NCBI GenBank assembly: GCA_965231055.1
Contig: OZ246411.1
Coordinates: 732,500-796,499, forward strand
Origin: an uncultured Candidatus Saccharibacteria bacterium
GTDB lineage: Bacteria; Patescibacteriota; CALEFQ01; G965231055
DNA length: 64,000 bases
Reading direction: 5' to 3'
Part shown: positions 10,053 through 19,951 of the stretch, piece after piece
Position numbering within the stretch: position 1 is the first letter of the stretch
How the letters are laid out: each line of letters starts with the position of its first letter
Position numbers and translations under genes: made by a program
Notes under the pieces: generated by a model
Told to the model about the DNA's origin: nothing
Seen by the model: the letters and a program-made list of their open reading frames with translations, nothing else
Databases searched by the model: none

Positions 10053-11330
10053 TTAGATAACACTTTTAAATACACTCTTATTTCCCAAAATTCTTTCTAT
10101 TTCCATAAGTCTATTGTATTTTGCTAGTCTCTCTCCTCTGGCAAGTGATCCTGTCTTGATTTGCATAGCATTTGTCGCCACGGCAAGGTCTGCAATAAAG
10201 GCATCATTGGTTTCCCCTGAACGATGAGATATCACTACTCCATAATTATTGAGTTTGGCTAATTTTATAGCGTCAAAAGTTTCCGTGAGAGTTCCTATTT
10301 GATTTACTTTTATAAGTACTGCATTTGCAATATTCTTATCTATAGCTATTTGTATCCTCTTCACATTTGTAACCAAAAGATCATCTCCTATCAGCTGAAC
10401 TTTTTTACTCATTTTCTCAGTGAGCTTTTTCCATGCATCCCAATCATCTTCTGCAAAACCATCTTCAATAATAGCTACATGAAATTTGTCATGCCATTTT
10501 TCATACATCTCTATAATTTCTTCAACACTAAGTTTTTTATTTAATGTTGTAGATTTATACCCTTCGCTTTTTTCAAAAAATGAAGAAGCAGCTACGTCCA
10601 TTCCTATTTTAATATCCTTACCAAGTCTATAACCAGCTTTTTCAATTGCACTACTTATGAACTCCAACGGCTCATCAAGATTACTCACCTTTGGCGCAAA
10701 TCCTCCCTCATCTCCAACTCCAGTAGCTAATCCCTTTTCATTGAGCACTTTTTTTAGACTATGATAAACCTCTGATCCCATCCTAACTGCGGTAGCAAAA
10801 TCACTAGCCCCAACAGGAAGAATCATATATTCCTGAACATCCAAATTATTATCAGCGTGCTTGCCTCCATTTAAAATATTGAACATAGGAAGTGGCATAT
10901 AGTAAGCCCCATTGCTTCCAAAAATCACTCTAAGATATTCAAACAGCTCAACTCCCAGATGATTTGCATAAGCTCTAGCACACGCCAAAGAAACGCTCAA
11001 AATCGCATTGGCACCCAGTCGCTTTTTATTCTCAGTGCCATCAAGCGAATTCATTTTATAATCTATCGCTGACTGCTCCCTAGCATCCATACCTACAATA
11101 TGCGGAGCTATTTCTTCCTCAACATTTTTTATTGCATTGAGCACTCCTTTGCCCATATATCGCTTGCTATCTCCATCGCGTAGTTCTAGGGCCTCATGAA
11201 TTCCAGTGGATGCGCCAGAAGCAACGCTCGCCACACCTCTTACACCATTTTCCAATATCACGGTGGTCTCAATAGTGGGCTCGCCCCTAGAATCCAAAAT
11301 TTCTTTTGAGTGAATTGAACTTATTATCAT
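10053..11330 (-). CDS. eno: enolase
   Basis: SRGEPTIE N-terminus; 425 aa; canonical enolase motifs. Confidence 0.95.
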   Translation of the reverse strand: MIISSIHSKEILDSRGEPTIETTVILENGVRGVASVASGASTGIHEALELRDGDSKRYMGKGVLNAIKNVEEEIAPHIVGMDAREQSAIDYKMNSLDGTENKKRLGANAILSVSLACARAYANHLGVELFEYLRVIFGSNGAYYMPLPMFNILNGGKHADNNLDVQEYMILPVGASDFATAVRMGSEVYHSLKKVLNEKGLATGVGDEGGFAPKVSNLDEPLEFISSAIEKAGYRLGKDIKIGMDVAASSFFEKSEGYKSTTLNKKLSVEEIIEMYEKWHDKFHVAIIEDGFAEDDWDAWKKLTEKMSKKVQLIGDDLLVTNVKRIQIAIDKNIANAVLIKVNQIGTLTETFDAIKLAKLNNYGVVISHRSGETNDAFIADLAVATNAMQIKTGSLARGERLAKYNRLMEIERILGNKSVFKSVI

Positions 11331-11338
11331 ATTTTTAT

Positions 11339-12502
11339 TTATTTTTTTAAAGCCTCTATCGCAACGAGCTTGCCTTTTTCAAGATATTTAAGCATAGCTC
11401 CTCCGCCAGTAGATACATACTCTACATCTTCTATTAGCTTTATTTCTTCTAACGCGTCTATAGTTTCTCCGCCTCCCACTATAGATTCTCCTGAGGCATG
11501 AGCTATCACTCGAGCCACTTCAAATGTACCTTGGCTAAAATCTTTTTCTTCAAATTTACCCATGGGACCATTCCAAACCACCATACCAGCTTTATTTATT
11601 ATATGAGAAAAAACTCCGATGGTTCTTTGGCCTATGTCAAAAACCTTGTCATCTCTTGTGATTTGCATCACATCTTTTTCCAAAACATTTCCCAAAACAT
11701 CTTTTACTTTTACATCTATTGGGATATGTAAGTTATTATCAGATAATTTGGAAATAAGAATCTTGGCTTCGTTTAAAAAATCTGGCTCTATTTGATCACT
11801 TGAAATTTTTACGCCAGTAGCTGCAAGTAAGGTATTGGCAAGCTTTCCTCCCACCAAAACATTGTCAGCATTATTGATCATGTATTTGAGTAATCCCAGT
11901 TTGGTCTTGAGCTTCGCTCCACCTGTCACAAAAACAAATGGTGTTTTTGGATTGTTCCTCACCTGATCCATTTTTTTTATCTCTTCTTCTAGCTGAAAAC
12001 CGGCAAATGAAGGAAGAAATTTCACCACACCCATCATGGAAGCGTGATCCCTGTGGCAATTTGAAAAAGCTTCATTTACATATATTTCTCCAAGTTCAGA
12101 CAAAGATTTGGCAAAATTCAAATCATTTTCTTCTTCCTCTTTATGAAATCTGAGATTTTCCAAAAGTATAATTCTTTCCACCGAAGAATGTATGATCTTT
12201 TTATATTCTTTGGATATCGAGTCATCTAGCTTGAGAACTTTTTCAGACAAAAGCTTTTCAAGTTTTTTTGCAAAATAACCCCCCAATCTCAAATTATTAA
12301 CCACTTTTCCCTCGGGACTTCCCAAATGAGTCATGAGCACTGCCTTGCCACCCCTATCCAGAATATATTTGATGGTTTTTAGACTAGCGCGTATTCTAAA
12401 ATCACTCTGGGGCTCTCCCTTTTCATCTATGGGTTCATTAAAATCCACTCTTACAAGAGCGATTTTGTTTCTCAAATCTATGTCAGATAATGATTTTATC
12501 AT
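11339..12502 (-). CDS. pgk: phosphoglycerate kinase
   Basis: LVRVDFNEP N-terminal motif; GGGA..LE C-terminal motif; 387 aa. Confidence 0.95.
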   Translation of the reverse strand: MIKSLSDIDLRNKIALVRVDFNEPIDEKGEPQSDFRIRASLKTIKYILDRGGKAVLMTHLGSPEGKVVNNLRLGGYFAKKLEKLLSEKVLKLDDSISKEYKKIIHSSVERIILLENLRFHKEEEENDLNFAKSLSELGEIYVNEAFSNCHRDHASMMGVVKFLPSFAGFQLEEEIKKMDQVRNNPKTPFVFVTGGAKLKTKLGLLKYMINNADNVLVGGKLANTLLAATGVKISSDQIEPDFLNEAKILISKLSDNNLHIPIDVKVKDVLGNVLEKDVMQITRDDKVFDIGQRTIGVFSHIINKAGMVVWNGPMGKFEEKDFSQGTFEVARVIAHASGESIVGGGETIDALEEIKLIEDVEYVSTGGGAMLKYLEKGKLVAIEALKK

Positions 12503-12503
12503 T

Positions 12504-13136
12504 CTAATTTACTCGTTTTTTTAATAAAAAGGATTTTATCTTGCTATCCAGTCTTGCACTAGAGACTCCCCCGTGAAAAACAAATGTATCCATGCCAAAC
12601 TTTTTCGCAGTACCTATATTTTCAGGAGTATCATCTACGAAAAAGCATTGTCCGCCCTTTACTTTCAATTTCCTCATCACGTACTCAAAAATTTGAGGAG
12701 TTGGCTTTCTAAGTCCTATGTCAGCAGAGTTGAAAATATACTTAAACTTCTTGAAAATTTTGTATTTGCGCTTCCACATCTTCATCCATTCCTTATTGTG
12801 ATTGGTAAGCAAAATCAAATCAACTTTTCCGTAAAGTGAATCAATAATATCCCACACCTCGTGAATGGGAATAAAACCGCAAAGAAGCCATTTCTCAAAC
12901 TCTTCACCCCCAACTCCCAGCGAAACTTCTTTGTAAAAGTTAGTAAAAAATCTTTTGGGACTTATTTTACCTATCTCCAAATCTGCAAGCCCACCTTTTC
13001 TCTTGGTATCTCTGAATTTTTTCTCTATCTCATCAGTATCTTCTCCGGTTTCCCGTTTGAGTTTATGAAAAACCTGCTTGGTTCCATCTTCAAGCACCAC
13101 TCCACCAAGATCAAAGATTATATATTTTTTATTCAT
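12504..13136 (-). CDS. HAD-superfamily hydrolase (phosphatase/beta-phosphoglucomutase-like)
   Basis: FDLGGVV motif I at N-terminus and DD motif near C-terminus. Confidence 0.6.
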   Translation of the reverse strand: MNKKYIIFDLGGVVLEDGTKQVFHKLKRETGEDTDEIEKKFRDTKRKGGLADLEIGKISPKRFFTNFYKEVSLGVGGEEFEKWLLCGFIPIHEVWDIIDSLYGKVDLILLTNHNKEWMKMWKRKYKIFKKFKYIFNSADIGLRKPTPQIFEYVMRKLKVKGGQCFFVDDTPENIGTAKKFGMDTFVFHGGVSSARLDSKIKSFLLKKRVN

Positions 13137-14139
13137 TATTTTTACCTACCATAATTACTTCTTCGATCAATCTTTCAGTATAGCCCCATTCGTTGTCATA
13201 CCACGCAACAACCTTAGCGAGATTTCCACCCACCACCATGGTGTATTCCAAATCAACAATGGATGAATAGCTATTTCCAATAATATCTGAAGACACAATT
13301 TGATCTTCTGTAAATGTGAGTACGCCTTTCATTGAATTTTTTGAATACTCTTTTATACCAAGGTTTATTTCTTCGGCGGTCACTTCTTTTTTTAACACTG
13401 CAATAACCTCAGCGATTGATCCAGCAATAACCGGAACTCTATAAGCATTTCCATCAAATAGTCCTTTGAGTTTTGAATATGCTTGGGTTGTGGCCTTTGC
13501 AGCACCAGTAGAAGAAGGAGATATGTTCGCAGCCCCTGCGCGTCCTCTTCGGAAATCTTTTTTAGCAGGCCCATCCACCAAGCTCTGAGTAGCTGTGTAG
13601 GCATGAATGGTGGATGTCATGGCTTTTTCTACTCCGAATTTCTCATCGAGCATTTTTATCACGGGACCTATGGCATTGGTAGTGCAAGAAGCGCAAGAAA
13701 TAATACTTTCGCCTTTGTATTCATTATCATTTACTCCTCTAAGATATGTGGGAATTCCCTCTCCCTTAGCTGGAGCAGATAGTACTACTTTTTTTGCACC
13801 TGCCGTGATGTGCTTTTGTAGATCTTCAAGCTTAGTAAACACCCCGGTTGATTCAATTACCACGTCTACACCAAGATCTTTCCATGGAAGTTTTTCTGGT
13901 TCTTTGATTGCAAAAATAGGAAACTTTTTATCCTCTACGATAATTCCCCCATCATAATATCCTATTTTTTTACCGTATTTTTTTTGAACTGAATCGTATT
14001 TGAGCAAATATGCCAAATTTTCCGGATCTGTAAGGTCATTGATTGCAACTATTTCCAAATCGGGTTTTTCCAAAGCTATTTTAAATGATGCCCTACCTAT
14101 GCGACCAAATCCATTTATAGCTACTTTGATTTTTTCCAT
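13129..14139 (-). CDS. gap: glyceraldehyde-3-phosphate dehydrogenase (type I)
   Basis: INGFGRIGR Rossmann motif and ASCTTN active-site motif; start moved to MEKIKVAING. Confidence 0.9.
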   Translation of the reverse strand: MEKIKVAINGFGRIGRASFKIALEKPDLEIVAINDLTDPENLAYLLKYDSVQKKYGKKIGYYDGGIIVEDKKFPIFAIKEPEKLPWKDLGVDVVIESTGVFTKLEDLQKHITAGAKKVVLSAPAKGEGIPTYLRGVNDNEYKGESIISCASCTTNAIGPVIKMLDEKFGVEKAMTSTIHAYTATQSLVDGPAKKDFRRGRAGAANISPSSTGAAKATTQAYSKLKGLFDGNAYRVPVIAGSIAEVIAVLKKEVTAEEINLGIKEYSKNSMKGVLTFTEDQIVSSDIIGNSYSSIVDLEYTMVVGGNLAKVVAWYDNEWGYTERLIEEVIMVGKNNE

Positions 14140-14149
14140 TATTTTAATT

Positions 14150-15025
14150 TTATTTTTTATTTGGAATAAATTTTCTAGCTGACCCCAAAACATCAATATG
14201 TCCTTCCACAATTTTTTGTACGGCGTCTCTAGCTGGCGCTATTAGCTTTCTTGGATCATAATCATTTTCATGATCTCTTTTGCTAAAAGCTTTTTCCGCC
14301 TCGTCACAGAAAGCCATTCTAAGCTCAGTGTCGTAATTGACCACTGAAATACCTAGCCCTATAGCTTTTTGTATATATTCATTTCGTATTCCCGATCCCC
14401 CATGAAGAACCAAAGGAACACTCACTTTTTCTCGTATTTGTTTTAGTCTATCAAAATCCAAATTACTATCCGCAAGTCCGTGCGAATTACCAATTGAAAT
14501 AGCCAAAATATCTATTCCGGTTTTTTTCACAAATTCAACCGCCTGATTTGGATCCGTATATTCTGCTTCTGTTTCTCTGTAATCCTCTTTGCCCTTATAA
14601 ACTCCTATGATTTTACCAAGCTCTCCTTGCGCCCAAACCCCATGATCATGTGCATAATCGGTTGCTTGTTTTGTAACCTCTATATTTTCATCAAAGGCGA
14701 GTTGCGATCCATCCATATGAATAGATGAAAATCCAGCTCTCACGCATTCAACTACCGAATGAAAACTTCTTCCGTGATCAAGATGCAAAGCGATAGGAAC
14801 ATTGTTTGATTCGTTTTTTGCTATGGTGCTGACTATATGAGTAATGGGCTTTAGTCCTGCATATTCAATAGTGGTTTCACTCACCTGAACTATAATAGGA
14901 GCTGATTTAGCAACGGCACCTCTTATAATTCCTTGTGTGATTTCTAAATTAAAAGTGTTAAAGGCACCAAGAGCGTAACCTTGTTTATCTGCATTTGGAA
15001 CTATGTCTCTTATATGTGATAACAA
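14150..15025 (-). CDS. fba: class II fructose-bisphosphate aldolase
   Basis: LHLDHG metal-binding motif; 291 aa. Confidence 0.85.
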   Translation of the reverse strand: MLSHIRDIVPNADKQGYALGAFNTFNLEITQGIIRGAVAKSAPIIVQVSETTIEYAGLKPITHIVSTIAKNESNNVPIALHLDHGRSFHSVVECVRAGFSSIHMDGSQLAFDENIEVTKQATDYAHDHGVWAQGELGKIIGVYKGKEDYRETEAEYTDPNQAVEFVKKTGIDILAISIGNSHGLADSNLDFDRLKQIREKVSVPLVLHGGSGIRNEYIQKAIGLGISVVNYDTELRMAFCDEAEKAFSKRDHENDYDPRKLIAPARDAVQKIVEGHIDVLGSARKFIPNKK

Positions 15026-15049
15026 TTTAGAAAAATTATAATTATAAAA

Positions 15050-15799
15050 CTACTTTAGAGATTCCAAAATACTTACAAAAGTTTTTTCGTCAGCGCTAGC
15101 TTTGCCAATAAGAAGTCCTGAGATGGATTTATCAGCAACAAATTTTTTGGCATTGGCTTCGGTTATACTTCCCCCATATATCACTGGGATTTTGGATCCA
15201 GTCTTTTCTCCAAATTTATCTAATAGAAAATCTTTTATTATTCTTGCGATCACGAAAGAATCTTCTGGTGTGTCGGCCTGGGAACCTGCAAATCCCGAAA
15301 CAGCCCAAATAGGTTCATAAGCTATAATCAAGTCTTTTGCGTAATCCTTGCTCAAACCATTTAGATCATCCGAGAGTTGCCTTTGAATGTAGTGCTTTGT
15401 GGTTCCCAAGAGTCTTATAGACCTCGTCTCGCCTACGCAAAGTATCACTTTCAATTTGCTCCTAGTCGCAAGTTTTACCTTTTCATTTATGATCAAATCG
15501 GTTTCTTTGTGATGAATTCTTCTTTCAGAGTGCCCCAATATCACATACCTAGCCCCTGCTTCGTACAAAGATTTGGGAGCCACGTCACCAGTAAACGCAC
15601 CCACTTGATTGTAAAAACAATCTTGTGCTCCTATTTTTATTTTTTTTGCATTTTGATTTGCAATAGATATGGATGGGAAAGAGGGACACACAACAACTTT
15701 TAGTTTTCCAGAAACTAGTCCCGAATTTTCCACAAAGGAAATAAACTTACCAACTTCTTTGGTAGTTTTGTACATTTTATGATTAGCAACTATTATCAT
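15050..15799 (-). CDS. tpiA: triosephosphate isomerase
   Basis: ANHKM and GHSERR motifs. Confidence 0.9.
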   Translation of the reverse strand: MIIVANHKMYKTTKEVGKFISFVENSGLVSGKLKVVVCPSFPSISIANQNAKKIKIGAQDCFYNQVGAFTGDVAPKSLYEAGARYVILGHSERRIHHKETDLIINEKVKLATRSKLKVILCVGETRSIRLLGTTKHYIQRQLSDDLNGLSKDYAKDLIIAYEPIWAVSGFAGSQADTPEDSFVIARIIKDFLLDKFGEKTGSKIPVIYGGSITEANAKKFVADKSISGLLIGKASADEKTFVSILESLK

Positions 15800-15804
15800 T
15801 ATTT

Positions 15805-16815
15805 TTATTTTATTTCTCTTAAATAATCAGCGGCATTTTCTGGAGACATTGTATTTATAATCATACCGGTACCCAATTCAAATCCAGCTATCTTGGTAAA
15901 CCGTGGGATCAATTCCAAATGCCAATGGTAATGAGGATATTCTTTTCCATCGCAGGGAGATGAATGAATATAAAAATTGTATGGCGGATCATCGAAAGCC
16001 ACATAAAGCTTGTTTAGCATTTCCCGAAGGTGATCACCGAATTCAAACCTTTCATCATTGCCAATGGTTTCAAAATATGGTTCGTGCTTCTTTGGCATTA
16101 TCCATGTTTCAAAAGGAAATCTAGATGCATAAGGCATGAAGGAGATAAAATTATCACTCTCCATAATCACTCTTTGCTTCTGCATGCTTTCTTGACTAGT
16201 CATATCACAGTAAACACATCTTTGATTTTTGTTGTGATAGTCCAAAGAACCCAAAATTTCATCATTCACATCATTTGTAACCAAAGGAAAAGCGAAAAGC
16301 TGTGAATGAGGATGAGTAATAGAAGCCCCTGCTTTTTCTCCATGATTGTAAATAATACAAACATATTTCACATGATCCTTCGCGCAATGAGTTGAAAATC
16401 TTTCTTGATAGGCCCGTATGAGCTCCGCCATCTCCTCACTACTAAAAAGAGCTGGGTGTTTCTTGGGATCAGCGGTCACGATCACCTCGTGATAACCCAA
16501 TCCCTTTTTATGTTCAAAAATTCCATTTTTATAAACTTTCATTTTATCTCCTGGATCAAAATCAAAAGCAGGATATTTGTTTTCAAAAACTCTCACGGTC
16601 CAGCCGGGAGTATCTGGTCTTCGTCTCGGGTCACTTGAATACGCCAATAATTCGGGAGCATTTTCGGCTTCTCTGCCCTGCGCAAAAGGATCGCTATTAT
16701 CTTTTGCATCAAAAAAAGCTCTTTCTTTGGCTTTGAAAGTTTCTGGGCGTTTCGCTCTCTCTGTGGCAAGCACCACCCATTTATTTGAGATTGGGTCTTT
16801 TCTTAATTCTGGCAC
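15805..16815 (-). CDS. galT: galactose-1-phosphate uridylyltransferase-like nucleotidyltransferase (HIT superfamily), GTG start
   Basis: HPHSQ HIT-like motif and CxxC..H..H Zn site; 336 aa. Confidence 0.65.
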   Translation of the reverse strand: MPELRKDPISNKWVVLATERAKRPETFKAKERAFFDAKDNSDPFAQGREAENAPELLAYSSDPRRRPDTPGWTVRVFENKYPAFDFDPGDKMKVYKNGIFEHKKGLGYHEVIVTADPKKHPALFSSEEMAELIRAYQERFSTHCAKDHVKYVCIIYNHGEKAGASITHPHSQLFAFPLVTNDVNDEILGSLDYHNKNQRCVYCDMTSQESMQKQRVIMESDNFISFMPYASRFPFETWIMPKKHEPYFETIGNDERFEFGDHLREMLNKLYVAFDDPPYNFYIHSSPCDGKEYPHYHWHLELIPRFTKIAGFELGTGMIINTMSPENAADYLREIK

Positions 16816-16870
16816 AGGTAAGTGTTAAATAATAAGTTTTAAACTATAAACCTTAGGTTATTGCCGATCA

Positions 16871-16898
16871 CTGAATACTGAAAACTGAATACTAATAT
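16871..16898 (-). promoter_or_regulatory. CTGAAWA heptad-repeat array (4 units) upstream of galT-like gene
   Basis: ctgaata ctgaaaa ctgaata ctaatat. Confidence 0.45.
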
Positions 16899-17633
16899 TT
16901 ATTTATATTTTCCTGATTTTATATTTCTTCTTATTCTAAAAAGCTCTCTCAGCGTATCTTGTGCGGCTTGTGCAGCTTTTAATTTTGATTCGCCTACATG
17001 ATGCCAGACAATTGGTACTTCCTTGATTTTGAAATTGTGTAATTTCGCAATAGCAAGCACTTCGATATCAAACCCCCATCGTTCAATTGTGAGTTTGGGA
17101 AAAATCAAATCAACAGCCTTCTTGGAAAAAGCCTTGAAACCATTTTGAGTGTCTTTAACTCCCCTCACAGCAAACATTTTTATAAGTAATCTTCCTCCCC
17201 AGCCCAAAATTCTTCTTTTTATCCCCTCTTGTTTTTCTATTTTAGCTCCTTTTATGTGCCTAGATCCCAATACTATGTCATAGCCCTCTTCAAACCATTT
17301 CCAGAAATTATCCATTTCTTCAATGGTTGTGGCACTATCTGCATCCATGAACAATCGCACATCCCCTTTTGCGGAAAGCATTCCTTCTTTTACTGTGTAA
17401 CCTTTGCCATGATTTTCCTTTCTCCCGATAACTTTTATATCAAAATCAGGATGTTCCATCTTAAAAGCTTCCAGCACTTTCACCGTATCATCCTTCGAAC
17501 CATCACTCACTAAAACCATTTCTGAACCAAAGCTTTGCTTTTTTAGATAATTAAAAACACTATCCAAGGTGGGCTTCACTCTTTCACTTTCATTGTAACA
17601 AGGAATAATTACTGATAATTTTGTATTTGTCAT
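16899..17633 (-). CDS. family 2 glycosyltransferase (dolichyl-phosphate mannose synthase-like)
   Basis: SVIIPCYNE motif; start set at ATG (M10) rather than the upstream TTG. Confidence 0.75.
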   Translation of the reverse strand: MTNTKLSVIIPCYNESERVKPTLDSVFNYLKKQSFGSEMVLVSDGSKDDTVKVLEAFKMEHPDFDIKVIGRKENHGKGYTVKEGMLSAKGDVRLFMDADSATTIEEMDNFWKWFEEGYDIVLGSRHIKGAKIEKQEGIKRRILGWGGRLLIKMFAVRGVKDTQNGFKAFSKKAVDLIFPKLTIERWGFDIEVLAIAKLHNFKIKEVPIVWHHVGESKLKAAQAAQDTLRELFRIRRNIKSGKYK

Positions 17634-17672
17634 TTTTTTGTTTTGATTTTTAATATTCAATACATATCATTC

Positions 17673-17707
17673 ATGAATACTGAATGCTAATTATTGAACA
17701 CTAACTA
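17673..17707 (-). promoter_or_regulatory. CTGAAWA heptad-repeat array (5 units) upstream of the GT2 gene
   Basis: atgaata ctgaatg ctaatta ttgaaca ctaacta. Confidence 0.45.
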
Positions 17708-18103
17708 TTTTGCAAACAACTTGTCTAAATATTTTTGCAAAATTAATCGCGCGGCTTCTTTATTTATATCTTCTTTATTTCTAGTTCCCACATTTCCCTC
17801 AGCTTCTTTCGAGGAAAGTCTCTCGTCAATTAATTCAACGGGTATTTTGATACTTTTCTCAAGGACAGCCTTGAATTCTGCAATTTTTTCACTCATCTTG
17901 GAACTACTCCCAGACATTGATATGGGATTTCCAAGCAACACCAAATCCACAGCTTCTTTATTGATTATATTGGCTATTTCCGAAGCCAAAGAAGCCATGT
18001 CTTTGAAATTTATTATACCATACTTGTGTGCTATTGACGACTCACCATCAGAGATAGCCAGCCCCACAATTTTAGTACCAAAATCTATAGATAAAATACG
18101 CAT
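17705..18103 (-). CDS. ruvX: Holliday-junction resolvase-like nuclease YqgF/RuvX
   Basis: N-terminal ILSIDFGTKIVGLAISD and overall 132-aa RNase H-fold layout. Confidence 0.8.
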   Translation of the reverse strand: MRILSIDFGTKIVGLAISDGESSIAHKYGIINFKDMASLASEIANIINKEAVDLVLLGNPISMSGSSSKMSEKIAEFKAVLEKSIKIPVELIDERLSSKEAEGNVGTRNKEDINKEAARLILQKYLDKLFAK

Positions 18104-18117
18104 AATAATAAGTATTT

Positions 18118-18152
18118 ATGAATACTGAGCCCTGAAAACTGAATTCTAAAGA
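18118..18152 (-). promoter_or_regulatory. CTGAAWA heptad-repeat array (5 units) upstream of ruvX
   Basis: atgaata ctgagcc ctgaaaa ctgaatt ctaaaga. Confidence 0.45.
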
Positions 18153-18892
18153 GTTAAAATCTCATGTCCATAATGAGTGACTGCGACAGTATGCTCAAAG
18201 TGAGCAGAGAGCCCACCATCGGCTGTCGAAAAAGTCCATCCATTGTCCTCTGAAACAATATTGTAATCCGAAATAACCACCATAGGCTCAAGTGCCAAAA
18301 CCATTCCCGCTTCAAGTCGTTTTCCAGTTCCAGCTTTTCCATAATTCAAAACCTGTGGCTCCTCGTGAACTGCTTTACCAACTCCGTGACCAACCAGATC
18401 TCTAACCACATCAAAACCCTGACTTTTCACAAAAGATTCTATGGCATGGCCTATGTCTCCAAGCGTGGCTCTGGGATTCATGACCTCAATTCCTTTTTCA
18501 AGCGCTTTTTTAGTTACATCAATTAGCTCCAAAGCTTGGTTACTCACAGATCCTACGGGCACAGTTACGGCGTGATCCGTAAACATGCCTTTGTATATCA
18601 TACCCAAATCAAGACTAACTATATCTCCCTCCAATAGTTCTCTTTTTGATGGAATACCATGAACAATTTCAGCATTTACCGAAGTGCAAAGACCAGAAGG
18701 AAAACTTCCTTTGTAGTTTTTGAAAGAGGGCTCTCCTCCCGCTTCTTTTATCAAGGCCTCGGCTCGCTCATTCAAAAATTCAGTAGTTACTCCGGGCTTT
18801 ACCAAATCAGAAACCTCCCGCAGAATTTCTGCGAGATATTTGCCTCCCTCTTTGAGTTTGGCTATTTCTGATTGTGATTTAAGATAAATCAT
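18146..18892 (-). CDS. map: methionine aminopeptidase type I
   Basis: 248 aa with conserved D/D/H/E/E metal-ligand spacing. Confidence 0.9.
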   Translation of the reverse strand: MIYLKSQSEIAKLKEGGKYLAEILREVSDLVKPGVTTEFLNERAEALIKEAGGEPSFKNYKGSFPSGLCTSVNAEIVHGIPSKRELLEGDIVSLDLGMIYKGMFTDHAVTVPVGSVSNQALELIDVTKKALEKGIEVMNPRATLGDIGHAIESFVKSQGFDVVRDLVGHGVGKAVHEEPQVLNYGKAGTGKRLEAGMVLALEPMVVISDYNIVSEDNGWTFSTADGGLSAHFEHTVAVTHYGHEILTL

Positions 18893-18971
18893 TGCGGTAG
18901 ATAGATTAGTTGAACTAGATGAATCAGAGGTTTCAGGGACTAGGTTTTAAATATAACACTATTACATTACT

Positions 18972-19050
18972 GTCATGCTGAACTTGTTTCAGCATCCATT
19001 TACGGCGTCGAAGACGACGATGTCTGGATCCCCGCATTCGCGGGGATGAC
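18972..19050. other. GC-rich cluster of three consecutive hairpins in the adk-map intergenic region
   Basis: atgctgaa-cttgt-ttcagcat; cgtcg-aaga-cgacg; atccccgc-attc-gcggggat. Confidence 0.5.
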
Positions 19051-19101
19051 AACGAAGCGATAAAATTATCGATCTCGAGCGATAGCTATTCTATAATGGT
19101 G

Positions 19102-19764
19102 CTAAATGTCTTGTCTAGCATTAAACCCTTTCTCAATATCCTCAAACACCTTTTCTCTATCCTGCTCACCATTAATTTCTATGAGGTTACCTTTATTTCT
19201 ATAATATTCAACCAAGGGTTTTGTATTGCGCTCATATTCATCCAATCTCCTTGTAATAGCTTCTTTTGTCTCATCAGCCCTTACTTTTAGCACTGTACCG
19301 CATTTTTTACAAACTTCTATGCCTCTATCACGATCGCCATACTTTTCACCGCATTTAGGACATTCTTTGCGAATAGAAAGTCTTTTGAAAGTTTCTTCTC
19401 TGCTGATATTTATGAAAATAAATACTGACTCTTCTCTATCCCATTCCTTCATTTTTTGTTCAAAATGATCTTTTTGAGCAAGGTTTCTGGGATAACCGTC
19501 AAAGACCACCGCGTCAGAACTTATTACAAGATCTTTGGCTTTTTCGTCAAAAAATTTATTTATATCTGATTCAGGAAGCAGGTTACCTTTATCAATTATT
19601 GATGATATGTGTTTACCAAGCGCGGAACCACTTGCAATTTCATCTCTCAGAAGTTTTCCAGATTCATAGAAACCAAAACCATGTTTTTCAACCAGAAGCT
19701 TGGCCTGAGTACCTTTTCCAGAAGCCTGCGGACCTGTGATAATAATATTTAGCTTTTTATTCAT
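19102..19764 (-). CDS. adk: adenylate kinase (Zn-binding lid)
   Basis: GPQASGKGTQ P-loop; lid CPKCG...CKKCG. Confidence 0.9.
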   Translation of the reverse strand: MNKKLNIIITGPQASGKGTQAKLLVEKHGFGFYESGKLLRDEIASGSALGKHISSIIDKGNLLPESDINKFFDEKAKDLVISSDAVVFDGYPRNLAQKDHFEQKMKEWDREESVFIFINISREETFKRLSIRKECPKCGEKYGDRDRGIEVCKKCGTVLKVRADETKEAITRRLDEYERNTKPLVEYYRNKGNLIEINGEQDREKVFEDIEKGFNARQDI

Positions 19765-19865
19765 AATTTTTCAATTAATAATCTATTGTACCACCTCACA
19801 ATATCTAATTCAAACGCACTTTTTTGGGGAAAACCGTTTGCATATAGCTAAAACAATAATATTAG

Positions 19866-19902
19866 CTATTGGACATCTTGGGCATATTTTGATAGGTTTT
19901 TA
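19866..19902 (+). promoter_or_regulatory. conserved upstream block (promoter/leader) of membrane-protein paralog 1
   Basis: tattggacatcttgggcatattttgataggttttta is about 85% identical to 20457..20494 upstream of paralog 2. Confidence 0.4.
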
Positions 19903-19951
19903 ATATCAGTATTTGAGTATATTAACCCGTTCTTTAAAAAGGAGGTTCGTA

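Noticed and set aside
19913-19951. Longer start (MSILTRSLKRRFV) for the first small membrane-protein gene
   Set aside because: The AGGAGG RBS lies inside that extension, 7 nt before the internal ATG at 19952, so the shorter form is preferred.
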